DNA of 64,000 bases from assembly GCA_964199315.1 (NCBI GenBank), contig OZ116701.1, positions 29,760,001-29,824,000 on the forward strand, in the 5' to 3' direction. Source of the DNA: Orbicella franksi. Lineage: Eukaryota. How positions within the stretch are numbered: position 1 is the first letter of the stretch; every line of letters begins with the position of its first letter. Below, in pieces: positions 10,465 to 24,800 of the stretch. The notes beneath the pieces were generated by a model. The model had not been told where the DNA came from and did no database searches. It saw only the letters and a list, made by a program, of their open reading frames with translations. The position numbers and the translations under genes were made by a program.

Positions 10465-13400
10465 AGGGTGTTAATGAGTAGATTTTGTTCCAGACTCTCC
10501 CCGTTTAAGGTGTACGTTAAATGTTGCGTGAAGCCTCGTTTTCATTTAATGACCAGTCAGTGTAGAAGAAATAAAGTAACTTGTTTCCGAGGCATTAATC
10601 GTCTGGCTTAACACGAAATATAACACGACTTTTGAGGATCAATTCCCTGCAGTATTGAATTACTTGAAATTGACTCCAAAGAAACGGAATTGGAACACAG
10701 AACATTTTACCACGAATTGCAGGGAAACTCTTGTTGGCGTAATTGTTTGCAATTTGCAACTCCATTGGCTTCCGTGCCGGGCATTACTGAGATATTTGAG
10801 AGCAGCACGGTAATGTAAATTGAATAACACATTTAATGGTACTGAGTAAAACTAAGGCAGATCGGACACTAAATGCCAAGAAAAAGTTAATTCAATACTT
10901 CGCTGGCGCTTTTTTCAGAGAACAACATGAAATCCAGACAGCTTCTGTGCTTCAACATGTGTTCTGTCATACCTGCGCTTGAAGAAAATTTGAAGCTGAA
11001 AATCATATCATTTTTTTTTTCTTTTTTCAATGTCATTCATACTTTCAAATTTTAATTCCTGTAAAGTAATCAAGCGGATACTCGCCCCTGAAACAAGGGA
11101 AAAGGAAGCATTTTATCTCTGGATCGTCGCTGCCTCGTTCATTTTGAACTGGAGAAACTGCAGATCAATATTCCAGTGTATTTCTCATGTAGATATATAA
11201 GGGAAATGTGGTAATTTTACATAGATATTAGGAGTAGAAAATGAATGCGTGGAAACATCTCTGTTTAAATGAAAAAGCGTAAGACTCAACGTTTCATGAG
11301 CAGAACATGAGCGCAATTATTTATGTACAAAATAGAAACTCGGAAAACATTATACGGCCTACGAATTACTTATTCACTTCAGCTGTGATATATCGATTTT
11401 GTTTTTAAAGCCCCGTAATCTCTGTTTAAGTCATAAATTACTGCAATCTTTCAGCTGTTTAACTCCCGTTGAGAAATTATGTGCTTGCAATTGATACGTG
11501 GTTTGCATCGTCATGGATCATAATTATGGCCGTTCCAGAAATTGTCAGTCTCAAACTTGCTAAAATGTGGAATATTTAATTCAATTTAATTGGAGATCTC
11601 GTTTTTAGACGCGTTTGTCGTGTGGCAATCAATTTATGTTTGGTCCAACTGTTACTGTTCTAAACTTGACTTCAATTAATTTGCTATTCATACTTTAATG
11701 TTCCCACTCAAGTCCAGGCAGGGATCTCTAACTTCTAATTAAAAACGTATTAAATTCTGTATAGTGTTATGTAATGTTCAGGCCGTAGTAAAGTTGAGTC
11801 GCACTGAGCACAATTTTTAATTTCATTTTCTGTAGCGGTTAGAACTTGGAAGACAACTAGAGTTCTCCTGAATTGATAAATAAATCAATCAAGTTTCGGT
11901 CTAGTATTACATAAAATTAATTAATTTATGTAAACGAGACAACTCTGAATCTATTTTGACCCAAGCGCTCTCCGGCACTCAGACCTTCTTAGTATGACAC
12001 GTTCTGTATGCATTCAAAAATGTTCCCGGGCTGCTTGACGAGAAAGATGATGACAGTGCTTAATTTCCTGAATAAAAACAACAGACAAAAGTAACTTTCG
12101 TCAAAAATAATGAAAACCGCGCAAGAAAATATTACGTATGTCTCCTGCAACGATTTATATTTACCGGTCATTACCACACCTTTTGTTGCATGATTGCAGC
12201 AAATAGCAGGTGATATTTGTGTAGATTTAAACAGTTAACCACGAACAGACGACAGGTATTGTCTACGTTTACACTGAAGTCATTCCCCTCCAAGAAATCG
12301 TCCTTCGATATCTTTAATATTTTGGAAAAGGTAGGCGGCTTTGAGTCGGGTACGTTTAAGGCATTTTGTCTGGTTTATTCATAATTCATTCCAGGAAAAT
12401 CATTTGAAGGCATAAACATTATAATTCTAAAGAAATCGACGCTATACAATGTAATTATGAACGTTCCAAAAGGCCGAGCTCCATACAATTACATATTTAT
12501 AGGACACAGAGAAAAAAAAAAAAACACTCGTATAAGACGATTTTCAGTCGGTTAACGAAATACCGTCCAAAAATTAGATGATTAATCTATAAAGTCCTCC
12601 GAAAGTCTCAGATTGTAAAATTTATTCAGAAGACCATGATAATTTGTCCTTGTTGTATGCATTTATTTTACGTTAATCCTTATTGCACCTGATTCAAGAC
12701 TGATATATTTTAATTTTAGAGTTATTATTTTTATTTTCTTGAAGTGTAGATTCGTATGCTACAATGTTAAACAACGAGAGAGAACACTGAATTGCCTGCT
12801 CACTGTAAACAATAACGTTAAAAGGAAGCAGCGGAAAATAGATGTCAGTTAGACTTAGCCATAGAACCTTAGATCCAAATTTCTGTAAAGTCATAACATA
12901 TTGTGACCGCGATCAGATTTCACATTAGGCTGTCTGACACTTTTCGCCTCAATACAAGCCTACACGTAAATTAATATATACTCTACTGATTATTTAGGAA
13001 ATTCAGGCTATATAGACTCCAACCAGAACTTCGAGCCGACAAAGTCGTCCCAAGCATTGAATAATAGGCATACTGTGATTGGTCAAAAAGCTGTGGCCGT
13101 TTGTGTCAACAGACCAGACCATCCACTAAATACAGTACAGCGTTCCCTAGCTTGCGTCAATTCTCAATGCAAACACAAAATAACTACTTCGAACGTTGGT
13201 AAAATTGCCAAAATGTTCTTATCTTTTTCCCGATCACTGGTAGACACACAGAGATATATTAGTTTGTTAGTTGAAGTTTATAACCATTGCCTTCAGCAAT
13301 GGTGAGTCCAGTCTAAAAAAAAATTTTATATTTTTCTACTAGCCTTCATTAAACAAGTCCTAGAATAGGGATAGGTTCATTATAAAAATTGAAAAGTGAT

Positions 13401-16400
13401 AACGTTGAAAAATGCCAGTGTCATCTTGCCCGAAACTTTTGTAATTTTTCGCAAGATGACAAATTAGATTTCAGTCTTCAATTTTTGTTTTCTTTTGAAC
13501 TTTTATATTTATTCAAGTGTAACGCATCAACCACTGATAACAAGTTTCTTTCGTGTTTGTTCATCCCATAGAGATTTTCAGGAGAACATTTGTGACAACA
13601 CAAAGATCCCCTTAACCTTACCGTGTGTGGACACAGAGATATTTTGTGTTATTTTGTTCTTATTATCATTATTTCTTCAAGACACAAAACAGGCGTAAAA
13701 TCATAAACTTGTAAACAAGGTTTTCTAATCAGCTATTTCCATTGTTGTTTGTTTGCTATTCCTACATATTAAGTTAGCAAATTTATTGTGTCAAAAGGAA
13801 GCAAAAATGAGTAGCATTACCCTGCGGCTTCATGTTTGATCATTAATTTATATTTCAATTATTTCTCAAGACAACTTTGCCTGAATAGTTGTGGTACAAT
13901 AGCTGACGCCAACAGGTACCTGTAGTTCACTTTACGAGAACATTTCAATATGTATGCCTTTTTTTTCCTTTTCATTTCTTTATTTTAGAATTAACTTTGT
14001 ATAAGCAATTTCATACCATTCCTTAAGGAATGAAACAAATGATTTACTCCTCTAATGAAAACTGAAACAAGAAAAGCATGAATAATAAATTAACAACGAG
14101 CTGAGACATTATAATCCTCAGTCCCGTCGCGGATTTTATAGTTTCTATTCGATTTCAATACTTTGGACTTTCTCATTGACTGTACTTCGCTCGTCCAATC
14201 AAAAACGAGAATTTCTATCTATGATAAAAAAATCTTGAAGTTCGCGTCACCAGCAATAACTCATAATGAAATGTCTTGTAATAAAAAGTTTTCACGTTAT
14301 TTACACCATTGTTGTGGTAATTAGTACCACGTTTTATACCATGGTTTTTGTGTATATAAGACGTTCATAAGCAGAGCGACACATATGTATACACTTGACC
14401 TTAGAACATATATATATAAAAAATAGTGCCACAGTCGTCGGGCACGAAAGAGGAAAGATACGAAAAAAACAAAAGGTCCAATACCTCAGTGATGTGACTT
14501 GTCATGAATTCATTTCAATTTTAAATAACATGTACTTGGCATTGAAAGAAGTCCAAAGATTATTATCAGCATAAAAGAAGCAAAAGAAGACAGCTGTCTG
14601 TGAAACCCAGGTATGTTTTAACCAAAATCCTCAAAGCTCAAAGCTACATTATAAAGCCACGTCTAACTAATTACTTGTGTCATTTTGCGACTTGCAGAAA
14701 GTTCATTTGTTCTTAATTTCACCACCTAGACGCGTTTTTTCGATATGTAATGTATGTATATGGATCAGAGTTACCTTCAAGACCTAAAGCTTGACTAAAA
14801 CCTTTGAGGAGTGATTTCATCGACTGCAAGGGATAGTTTTCTCGATTTCGCTTAAGATCGAGTAATTTACGTAGCTCAAAAAATAAATGCACAGGTAGAG
14901 CAAAAAATTTTCAGAAACGCGGGATTCGAAATTTGAAGTTCTCAAATGGAAATTAAACAATCGTGAATGATTGTAAGTTTTGTTACGAAGAGTTTCTCTT
15001 CGCAAAATTCAGAGTTTACAGTATACGTAAACTTCTGGCCTGCACACTTCCATAAAGTATAGTAGCAGAAACTGTCTCACAGAACAGTTTTTCGAAATAA
15101 TTAAGACAACTATATTGAGATAATGTCGGTGTTTTATTTCGTTAGTTTATACCTTTGAAATTATTATTTCAGTTTCTTAAACAATTTGCATAAATTATCG
15201 GGTATGCATTTTAAAACGCTGATTTGGTGATAACGGAACCAATATTTCAAATAACGGTGCGGGCTCCCATCAAAAGTTCTGTTCTTGATTTCGAATTGTG
15301 TTAGCTATCTCTTAGGAAAAATTTGCCAGGCTGCTAGTACCAAGAGGGAAGAAATCCTTTTAAATTACGATAATTTATGACTTTTTTAATTTTAACTTTT
15401 GTTGTTCGATGGATAATTCCAACATAATTTTGTTATTTCATTGCAAAACACTAATGGAGATTAGAGTTCGTGAGAACATAGTAAGTTTGACAGCTTGAAG
15501 GCCGTTTTGCTTTGTGTCTTGTATCTAGCTGGAAAAGACAAACAGTTTTATATTATTATTTCTACATTATCATTTTATGATCAGCCAGTTCCTCCAAAAG
15601 GACTGCTAAAATAGATTGTCAAAATAAGACAGTGAGAACGTTCCTGCATTTTTAAAATAGTAATAAATAAGCTAGGAGAACTTGGCTTTAAAATGTAAAA
15701 GAAGTGATTGAAAAGCATTTTGACTAACATCACGTTTTTCCTCATTAGTTGTCCCCCATTGACTTCCCGCGAATAGTTTTCCGTCACGCATGATTTTGAC
15801 GGAGAGGTCTTAATAACAAGATTACCCACATGAAATGGGAAAACCGCGTCGCTATGACGGTAGCTTCGGTTGGCTCGTGCCATTCATTTGTGTTGTGCAA
15901 CCCTGGAGCGAAACAACTAGAACTTTTACTAGTTATGACATTTCTGCCATATCAGTTTGCAGGGGATGTGCATGGATTTGTCCAAAAAAGCAGCAAAGCC
16001 TTCATATTTCCTTTTATGGCTTTAAACCTTGGCATGGCAAATAATTCGTGACTGAAATGTTTCGGTAGACGACTATAACAAGAGAACTTGTAGCACGGTA
16101 AAAATATGCCACATACGACAAGTCTATCAAAATAATTCATGTCCAGCAGATGTGGATGGTGACAGCATAAATTAAGGAGTCAGCACTTATGAATTCTATT
16201 TAAAATCTGAGAATGGAACGAAGCGAAAGGGTAAGCCAATCTAAGCTGAATGTCAAGCGTATTTACCCTGATTGTTAAATAGTGAATAACATACGTATAC
16301 AGCGCATCTCACCAACTTATCCTTGTAGTTTGAGGCGATATCTAGACATATTTTATATCAAATCAGTCATGTCAAGTTTTTAATCCACTTTTAACAGCCC

Positions 16401-18797
16401 AGGGGCAAGAACCGAAGACAATCCACAGTCTGGATTTCATTCTTGAAACACTGAAAAGTCGAGCAACAAAATTTGTGGCTAACAGGTCTTTGCTTTGCTG
16501 TGCTGTATGTGCAACAAATTAACATATGTTTGATATTCATTGCACAGGTATTGGCTTTAAAACGAAACGATAACAAATTGGTTTAACGGCTAGATGTAAC
16601 TCGATCCGCAATACGTTTAATACGTCATCATAGGTGCTGAAAAAATATGGAAAGTGTCTTTAGTCAGCAGACGAGTAACTCGAGTTGTTCTTTTTTTTTA
16701 AGCTTGCTCTCGTGTTACGCTTCTTGCTAAAAAAAAATCAAGCTAATAATTTTAAGTCATTCGTGACATAAGACAAAGGCTACAGGTTGAGTTTTCAAAG
16801 CAGTCCTGTTTGGAAGGAGCACATAGCTTACAACAGTTGCTCCGATGTTTCAACCACCTAATATAATACAATGTAAATGTAATATTGCCAATTATTTTCT
16901 GTCTTTTCCCATCGAAACGACTCCCCCAAAAAGAAGATACAAAAAATTGCATATTGTTGATACTAGTATCAGTACATTGTTATAATTGTTTGTCGTCTTC
17001 GGCGACAAACGTATTTCCTCAAATAATTTGAGAAGTAAACCCTGTCTTGTTTCATCGATACTTACATTGAATTCTCAAACGATATCAACTGAAATGTTTT
17101 TTTTTTTGTTCTCCTTTTCTTGTTCGTTTTTTTTTTTTTTTTCTTGCTAGAAACAACTACGGCATCAAAGTTTTTCGAGTATTCGGACTTTTTGGCAAGT
17201 AATCCCATCCAAGTGTTACAAAAAACCTCAAATAAGCATCATTTTGTTGATAAACGGACCCACCGTTTAATATTTTATCAGTTTGTTAATAATATTTTGT
17301 CTACAACCAGCAACACTCATGACTACTCCTAAAATTACGTGAATTCTTTGCGTATTCTTTTTATTTATTAAGCTAAAATGCACCCTCCCTTGTTAAATTA
17401 TTTTTGGCTTATTCAATCTCCTCATGCTTGCACGTGTTTACATGCTTAATAAACACAAGTTGCCAAACGACACCTGCCAATACCTATTTTAATATCTCAT
17501 GATATATGGTTTATATCATTTAAATAAGGGAGCCCTGCGCGCGAAGGCCTCTTTCATCTACTAAATCCGCAAAGCGTGTAGTATTATAGAATGGTCTTAA
17601 GTCTTCTTTTGGAAAATGTGAATGAATTCTATACTAAGAAAACCGAAATTGCTAAGAATATATATATTAAGAGTTGCAACCAACCATGGCTATGCTGAAA
17701 TGTCAACATTTAACAATCATATTGCCAATATTACACCACTTATTTGACACACATCTCTCACACCGTACATCGAGAACTTTTGTATGTGAGTGTGTGTGGA
17801 CATTCCAGCGCAATTCCGGACAACCAGATGTATTTAACGAGTTCTTACCTCACCTTAGTCCTTAATTTCCCCTAATAAACTGAGGAGGGAAATAAATCAC
17901 AAGGAAATGTAGATAATACTTTTTAAAATCCTACTACTTTAGAGTTGCTAAGTCGGTCACTTTGGTTATATAAAGGAAATAAAGCACGAAGTCAACCTTT
18001 AATTCAGTCTGTACGTTAATCGATTCAAAAACGAGGAAAGCGATTTAAAAAAACATATCCTTGTAAGGGCCGCATTAGACGATACAACTTCATCGTAAGT
18101 TGAAACGCGGGCTGTTAGTGTGATGCAAAAATCGCATGCGCGCACAGTTTTATACAAGTTTTTAGACCCTACATCATTTTCGTGTCAATCGTGAGAACTG
18201 TAAGCACGTTGTAAGCAGGATTTACACGGAAAAATTCGTGACTTATCTTATAATATCGGCATTAGCTAATTGCACTACTATTTACCGTGACATTCAGTTT
18301 ACTCGCCATCGATTGGAAGTTTTCAAAAGCTTTAAGTTCGACTCAGGCCAGTTTAGGCGAAGTTTGTTTCTCTCGTTTTTAACTGCTTCATCAGCTCATA
18401 AACGATCAACCTCGGCTTACATAAGTCCTGCGACTTGTTGTTTAAAAGCTCAAGCCGTCGTATTTGTTTGTGTTCCCCTAGTGCATTAACGTTAAAGTGA
18501 TTTACATGATTTTTCCAGAATAGTACGTTTCAAAGTTTGTTCATTACGATAATGTGGGAAATTAAAATGTGTTTATTACAGGTCATCTCAATCAACCTGT
18601 CGGAAATTGTTCCTCTTGATGTTTAATGTTTCCTGATTGATCTCATAAGTACTGATAAATGGAACTTCTAGACATACTAGACAGCCCGAGGCTTAAAACT
18701 CCACGTACTTGAAATTATTTTTCACGTCACGTCAACTGAATTATATTGATTCTGATTTACAGTAACACCAAGTGAAAAGGAAGAAGATCTTGCCCAA

Positions 18798-18867
18798 ATG
18801 ATGTACATTGTTTGCTTACTGATTTTGGTAGTCACATGTCACGGTCAGGAGCAACAAAACTGTTCAG
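18798..18867 (+). CDS. Gene B exon 1: signal peptide
   Basis: MMYIVCLLILVVTCHGQEQQNCS, donor G|gttagt (phase 1) matches the discoidin exon. Confidence 0.8.
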
Positions 18868-21800
18868 GTTAGTTTAGAATGTAAAATATACTAATGCATG
18901 TAGAGCAAAACAAAACTTCTTAGGACCGAATGAAGTTCCCGACGTGTTTTACAGCAGGGTTGACTAGAATGGCCAGATAGCGGCCACCTACTTACGTGTA
19001 GTTTGTCAATAGAAAGATTACATCAAATCTACTTGAAAACTAAAAGGAAATACTAGCCGAGTGTCTTTACTTAAATAACTCGCAAAATAACTGACACAAT
19101 AACTTGCAATATAAAGGTAAAAAGGAATTAGATTTAAATGAACATACGCACGCAAATCTTTGTCAAATTCTCTTTGGATAGCGACAGATGACTGTAGCAA
19201 AGCACTTGGTATGGAAGACAACAGAATTAAAAACTCACAAGTTACTGGAGGATTTGCGTACAACGGCGACAAAGCGAACTTCGGCTCCCAGAATGCTCGC
19301 CTACATCATCCTCGTGGCTTCAGAGCAGAACCGAAAACTTTTCCTCCATCGGCTAACACGATAGGAATTCACTTTGCTGAGGAAAAGGTTATCACTGCCA
19401 TAGCGACCCAAGGATATGGTGGTGAATGGGTAACCAGCTTCAATATGTTTTACACCGACTCTCTTGGAAACCGGCAGTCTGTAAAAGACATTGAAGGGAA
19501 GCTGCTGGTAAGATAGAAAGGCCGAACATTAACATTCTAGTTAGCAATAGTGACTGTGTTGCCTCAGTTCTGGTGAAAGCTGTTCCACTAACAGTGGCCA
19601 GAGAGGAAGTAGATATTTCATCAGTTAAAATGATATGTTTCCATGTTTGCAACTGTCGTTTGAAATTGCTTTTTAAATGTTAACTCGATCCTGAATCTTA
19701 GGCCATCCTGACCGTTAAAAAAAGTAAGTTTTGTTGAAAGGTCCAGTATTGCTAACAAAGCCGTAGCCAGAATTAGGAACATTCATGTCGAAGAAATATC
19801 AGGAAAAAAAAGAACATTTATTTCGCACTATTTTCTAATACATAACCTCTGATAGGTTCTTACAGGATTTTACAGGATCCTAAATAACGAATTAACTTCA
19901 AACGTTTTATCAAGGCAAGGGCTTCGGATCGCCTGTTTCTGACAACAGCCCTGGCTAAGATCTGAGGGCACAGGTTGGGTTAGCAGAAAATGGCCGAAAA
20001 CGTGAATGATTAAAGAGCCGGCAGTTACATACGTATATCGCTATAAAAAGAAGCGGAACAAACTGGGGTATAAAATAAAATAGCATTATTCGTAAGAAAA
20101 TGTATTTGATTGTATTATTTGTTTCACGATGTTCTTTTATTTTTCAGGATTTTCCTGGTAACACCGATAGTGACACGGTTAAACGGAACTCTCTACCAAT
20201 TCCTGTCTTCGCATCTTCAGTGTTCATATTACCTTTGACTGTACATAAAAACGTTGGCCTTAGGTTGGAGCTTTACGGCTGCAAAGAAGGTATATATCCT
20301 GACCCGTTAAATTGCTTTGATTGTAACTTCTTTTCATGGTAGTCTTCTAATGGCTTTGAGGAATAACCACCCTATTATTTACGCAGGGTCTCGTTTTGGT
20401 TATTTCCCTACCATCACCACGCCTGACATTTTAACAGAGGGGTTGCTGACATATCAATTTTTAGACCTATGCAACAACAACTGGGTCATGGAAGCTAGCT
20501 TTCTTGTTTATGTTTCTTTTTTTATTCACTAACGCCCGGTTCAAACGCCGTAGTTCACATGAGCCGAATCGAATACTATTGAGGGAGAACAAAGGATTTT
20601 TCTCATTTGTATTCTATTCGGCTCATGTGAAGTACGGCGTCTGAACTTGACTTAAAGTTTGGTTTCATTTCTTTCAGGTCATTATTTTATCGTCTGGCTG
20701 ATGCTGAAAGAGACTTTCTTCACTGTGACCTACACAGATCCGTCAACTTGGGAATATCAAGATGCCGTGACTAATTCCTTGGATGAGGTTAGTTCCTATC
20801 ACGGACTTCACAGTTACGTTCAATCAAGAACTTTTTTAACAGTATCTGAGTTGAAGTAGAGATAACACATTCAATACTACCGACACCATACCGGTGGCCA
20901 ATCCAGTAAATCTGCATCGTTATCCATTTCTCCTTCAGAAAAAATCACTACCTTCGTTTGTCCCAACTCCATTTTGAGTTACTGCATGAAGGTATAATCT
21001 CTGGATGTCCTCGATTATTTAAATGGTAACATACGTTCTTTCCTTGTACATTCAGGTAAATAGGATTTTCGGTACCACTTGGGGATTTCTGCACGCACGC
21101 GTACGAGAGCTAAGGTATGTACGTGTTAGAAATACACCCAGCGTCATTTTATAAGACATCTCATGAGCTGTAAATTCTTAAACGGCTGTTCTAGGTCTAC
21201 AACCAATATGCTCTTTAGTGAGCTGAAGATCCTTTATCAGACAAATATCTGATTTTGTTTTCCTCAGTGGGCAGGACGGATGAAATCTTTTCTTAGTTTT
21301 GCTCGTAATGTGCATTTGACGTCCATTTTGCTTTCTTCCGTGTTTTACATTCTGATTTTATCCCTACCTTTTATATGTAGCCTGCAAATACTGCCAGCTT
21401 TAATAGTATCAATGTATATAAATATGAACACCCAGTAACCTGTTGTTGCTCGGTTTACTTATTACAGTGCGCTTGCTCCATGTATAATCACTTGTCACTA
21501 ACTAGGACACAGTTACTGTGTGAAGTTACCAAATGCCACAAAATATTAATAAAGTATGTGGTTGTTGTTAATGTTGGTGGCGGGCGCGTTGACTATCTCG
21601 GTAGAATGCGACAAAATTTCTACGAAACGAGGCCAAAATCAAGGTTCAATTGATTTCGTACATGCAATCGTAATCGCTTTATTCTTAATATTCTTTATCT
21701 TGTTGATTTCAATAACCCCCTTTATTATCTCACGGTTAAGCTCCACATGAGTCACCCGTTATGTGACTCTGATGGACAGTTCTTTTTTGCAGTCCACAAG

Positions 21801-24800
21801 AATCACCATCGCTCTTTACAGCAGTAACTGCTGTGCTGGAGATCCATTGTTTACGATCCAGCGAACAGGCTCTCTTGACGAAGCTCAAGTCTGTAATGGG
21901 AAACAACTATGAAGGGATATTTGACCCAGGCTTTTTTAGGTCTCAGTATCCAAGTAAGTAAAACGATGACAAATTTAATAATCAATAATGTCTGTTCAAC
22001 CAGAAGACCAGAAAAGAATGATTGAATCTAAAGTCTATGATAATTAATTAATCGACAGAGGAAATCTGCCGAAAGCCGAACGAGAAACTCAATGGGACCA
22101 AACGCCTAGTAAGAGCCTCCTGGCTAATAGCTAAAAACAGATAAACACAGCAATTTGACAAACGCGTTTCAACGATATTCATTTATTCCAAAGGAACTGT
22201 CTTTCTAAGTTAGTCGTTCATTTATAATACCGTATTGATTTTTTATGATGATGAATTTCTAATGGTTGGCCTTAACTGTGCGGAGTTGCTCTTTAATTTT
22301 AGCCTAGATGTGGTCTTCCACAAGGGGTCTTCAATCTGGCCTAAATGGACGACCTTTTTGATAAGAATCGTTTTAAAGTTATTTTTTTTATGAAAATCAT
22401 GATCAGTTCCGTTTTGACTCCGGCTGCGTACCAGAATAGTCCTTTTTTTAGTTGGGCCAACGGGCCGGGGAGAACTCCTTTAAATACAAAAAATGTTAAA
22501 CCCCTTCTTTTCACAGAACGATGTGGATGCGCACCGCCCAAGGCAAGCTTAAAACTTGGGAAAATGATGAAAGACGCCAAGGAAATTTACCTTTCTAAGA
22601 TATTCATGAGACTTCCGCTTCAACTAGAACACTCATGTCAACCAACAACAACTATACTCTACTCCTGGAAATTCTCAAAAATAGACCAGGAAACAGGTTT
22701 GTTTGGACCCTTACAGCCATTCGGCCGAAAGAAAACATTCATCTTACCTTTACGTATGTTTGGCATTGGCTACGCCTATGTTCAATGTGAAGTACAACTT
22801 TCAGGCGATGCTGGCTCTACGACGCTTGCCAATGGCTATATGAGGATTGTTCGTGATCCGCTTGTGGCAATTATTACGGATATAACCGAGACGAGGAGTA
22901 AGATCATGCTAAGTGCGGAAAAATCGTTTGATGCTGGGTTTGGCACACGAGGCCTACAATTTACCTGGTTTTGTAGACTAGCAGGTGAATCGTTCTTAGA
23001 TGTAGCTGAGCGTTACGCAGTCGACGAGTCATTTGGTAGAGTTAAGACAAACACAGGGTGCTTTGGGTATGGACCTGGCAGACTCAATTCTACAGATAAA
23101 GTATTAGTTTTGAACATGGTGGAGATGGTGAAAAGCAAGAAATATATTTTCAAGCTTGTTGTCTACAAAGACGATAGAAATGCGAGTGCAGTGTACGAGT
23201 TAGTAGTAAAACCACTCGCGTCGATCTTTGTTAGGTAAGAATATTAAAGGACCCTACTTAGCCTCCTACTCAGCCATGGTAAAACGAGATCTTATTGCTT
23301 TACTGTAAGTTGTGTTCCTGTAAGTATGTTTAATTATCATTAGTAGCTTCACAGGGATTTCCTTCGTCTCGAAATGCTCCGAATAAAATATAATAGCCAA
23401 ACTCTCTCGAGCAAACAAAAACAAGGGTATGGCTCACAAGGGCCATGAAAATAATTTTTACAGCTATTTTGTATTATAATACCAAGACATTTAATGCCTC
23501 TCCTTAACAACGAACTGAGCAAAATTGAATTTTTTGTTATAAGAGTGCTTCAGTCTCATCGGGTGCGTACCAAACTGTAGGTATGATCAGTGCCAAACAT
23601 CTAGAATTATCCCGATACGGTACTGATTTTTTAGATCTTACGCATGACATCGCTACATGCTCAAAATTCGCCACCAAGCCTCGTTTGAACGAATATTTTT
23701 CAAAATTTCAGCACCTTCGTGTTTTTTATTTGTGGGTATTCTTTCCACCGGCGCTTTAGGATTTTGTTCATGTTATAATTTTATATTTGCATTTTGAACC
23801 GAGGCTAGGCGGTCATGCACAAGGGCTATAATAGCTGTACTGACCAGATACAAGCAAACGCGGGATAGCCTGAGATTTTCAAGGTGAAAAAGTCGTGATG
23901 CTCGTCATCTTGCTTAGGGATATAAATCACTGATTTTGGGTATCAGGACGAAACGCCACTGTTCGTAGCTGTCAAGATATCTTTTGCGTTGCAATCTCCC
24001 CTAGCGGAAGAATAAGCGCTCCTTGCTAAGGATTCCTTTTAAAGAAAGACATGAGGTTGAATATTGTGGGAAAACAAATGGTCGTTCTGAATGTAAATGT
24101 TCATTCTCTAGGTTTCTCCTCTCAGGTTGAAGTTTAGCACTTCAAAGGACAAAGAAAATTACGGCATAGATTGGACAAAAATGTTTTTTTTTTTTTTTTT
24201 TCAACATCATTGTAGTTTACCAAACTAGGTACTGTAGTTTATATTGTTGTTTTCTTCAGATGCATGTCAAATTGTGGTGAAAAGGTTAGTCCGCAAGATG
24301 GATTACTCCTGGAGGCGACGTGCCAAGGAGAAGCCTGCAGCAAAATTTCGAACTACACTTGGAGTTTGCATATTGTTAATCAATCAGTTGACGGCTTTTC
24401 TGTCTCGCCAGTTCATCACGTTAATATTTATCTGCAAATGAACACCAGACGCCTGTTCATTAACGACATTTTCAAATTAGAAGATGACACGAGAAAGCAC
24501 GTTCATTACGCTGTTAAAGCTTCGGTTAAATTAGACGATGGGAAGGAGTTTGATGGTAACTTTTCGTTTATTGTCAACTCGCCTCCAAAAATGTTCTCTG
24601 TAGACGCTAGTTGCCACGTTGTACCGATGAAAGGTGAAGCTATATCAACCGACTTCTCGATCACGTGCTCGGGATGGCATGACGCGGACAAACCGCTGAC
24701 TTATGAGTTCACATACCAAGACAAGTATGGTATGGTAATAATTCAAGCCGGGAGTTTGAACACAGTGACTACAAAACTCCCAGTAGGAGAGGCCTCTAAT

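Noticed and set aside
13010-13315. Possible MITE with tagact.../...agtcta ends
   Set aside because: The match is only about 6 bp and no target duplication is clear
7450-18700. Short ORFs of 60-100 aa in the 11 kb A-B spacer (e.g. 13057..13305, 15581..15883, 15835..16044) as a hidden gene or decayed PKD paralog
   Set aside because: No PKD or other recognisable motifs, no chain of phase-compatible exons; sizes are what AT-rich DNA gives by chance with alternative starts
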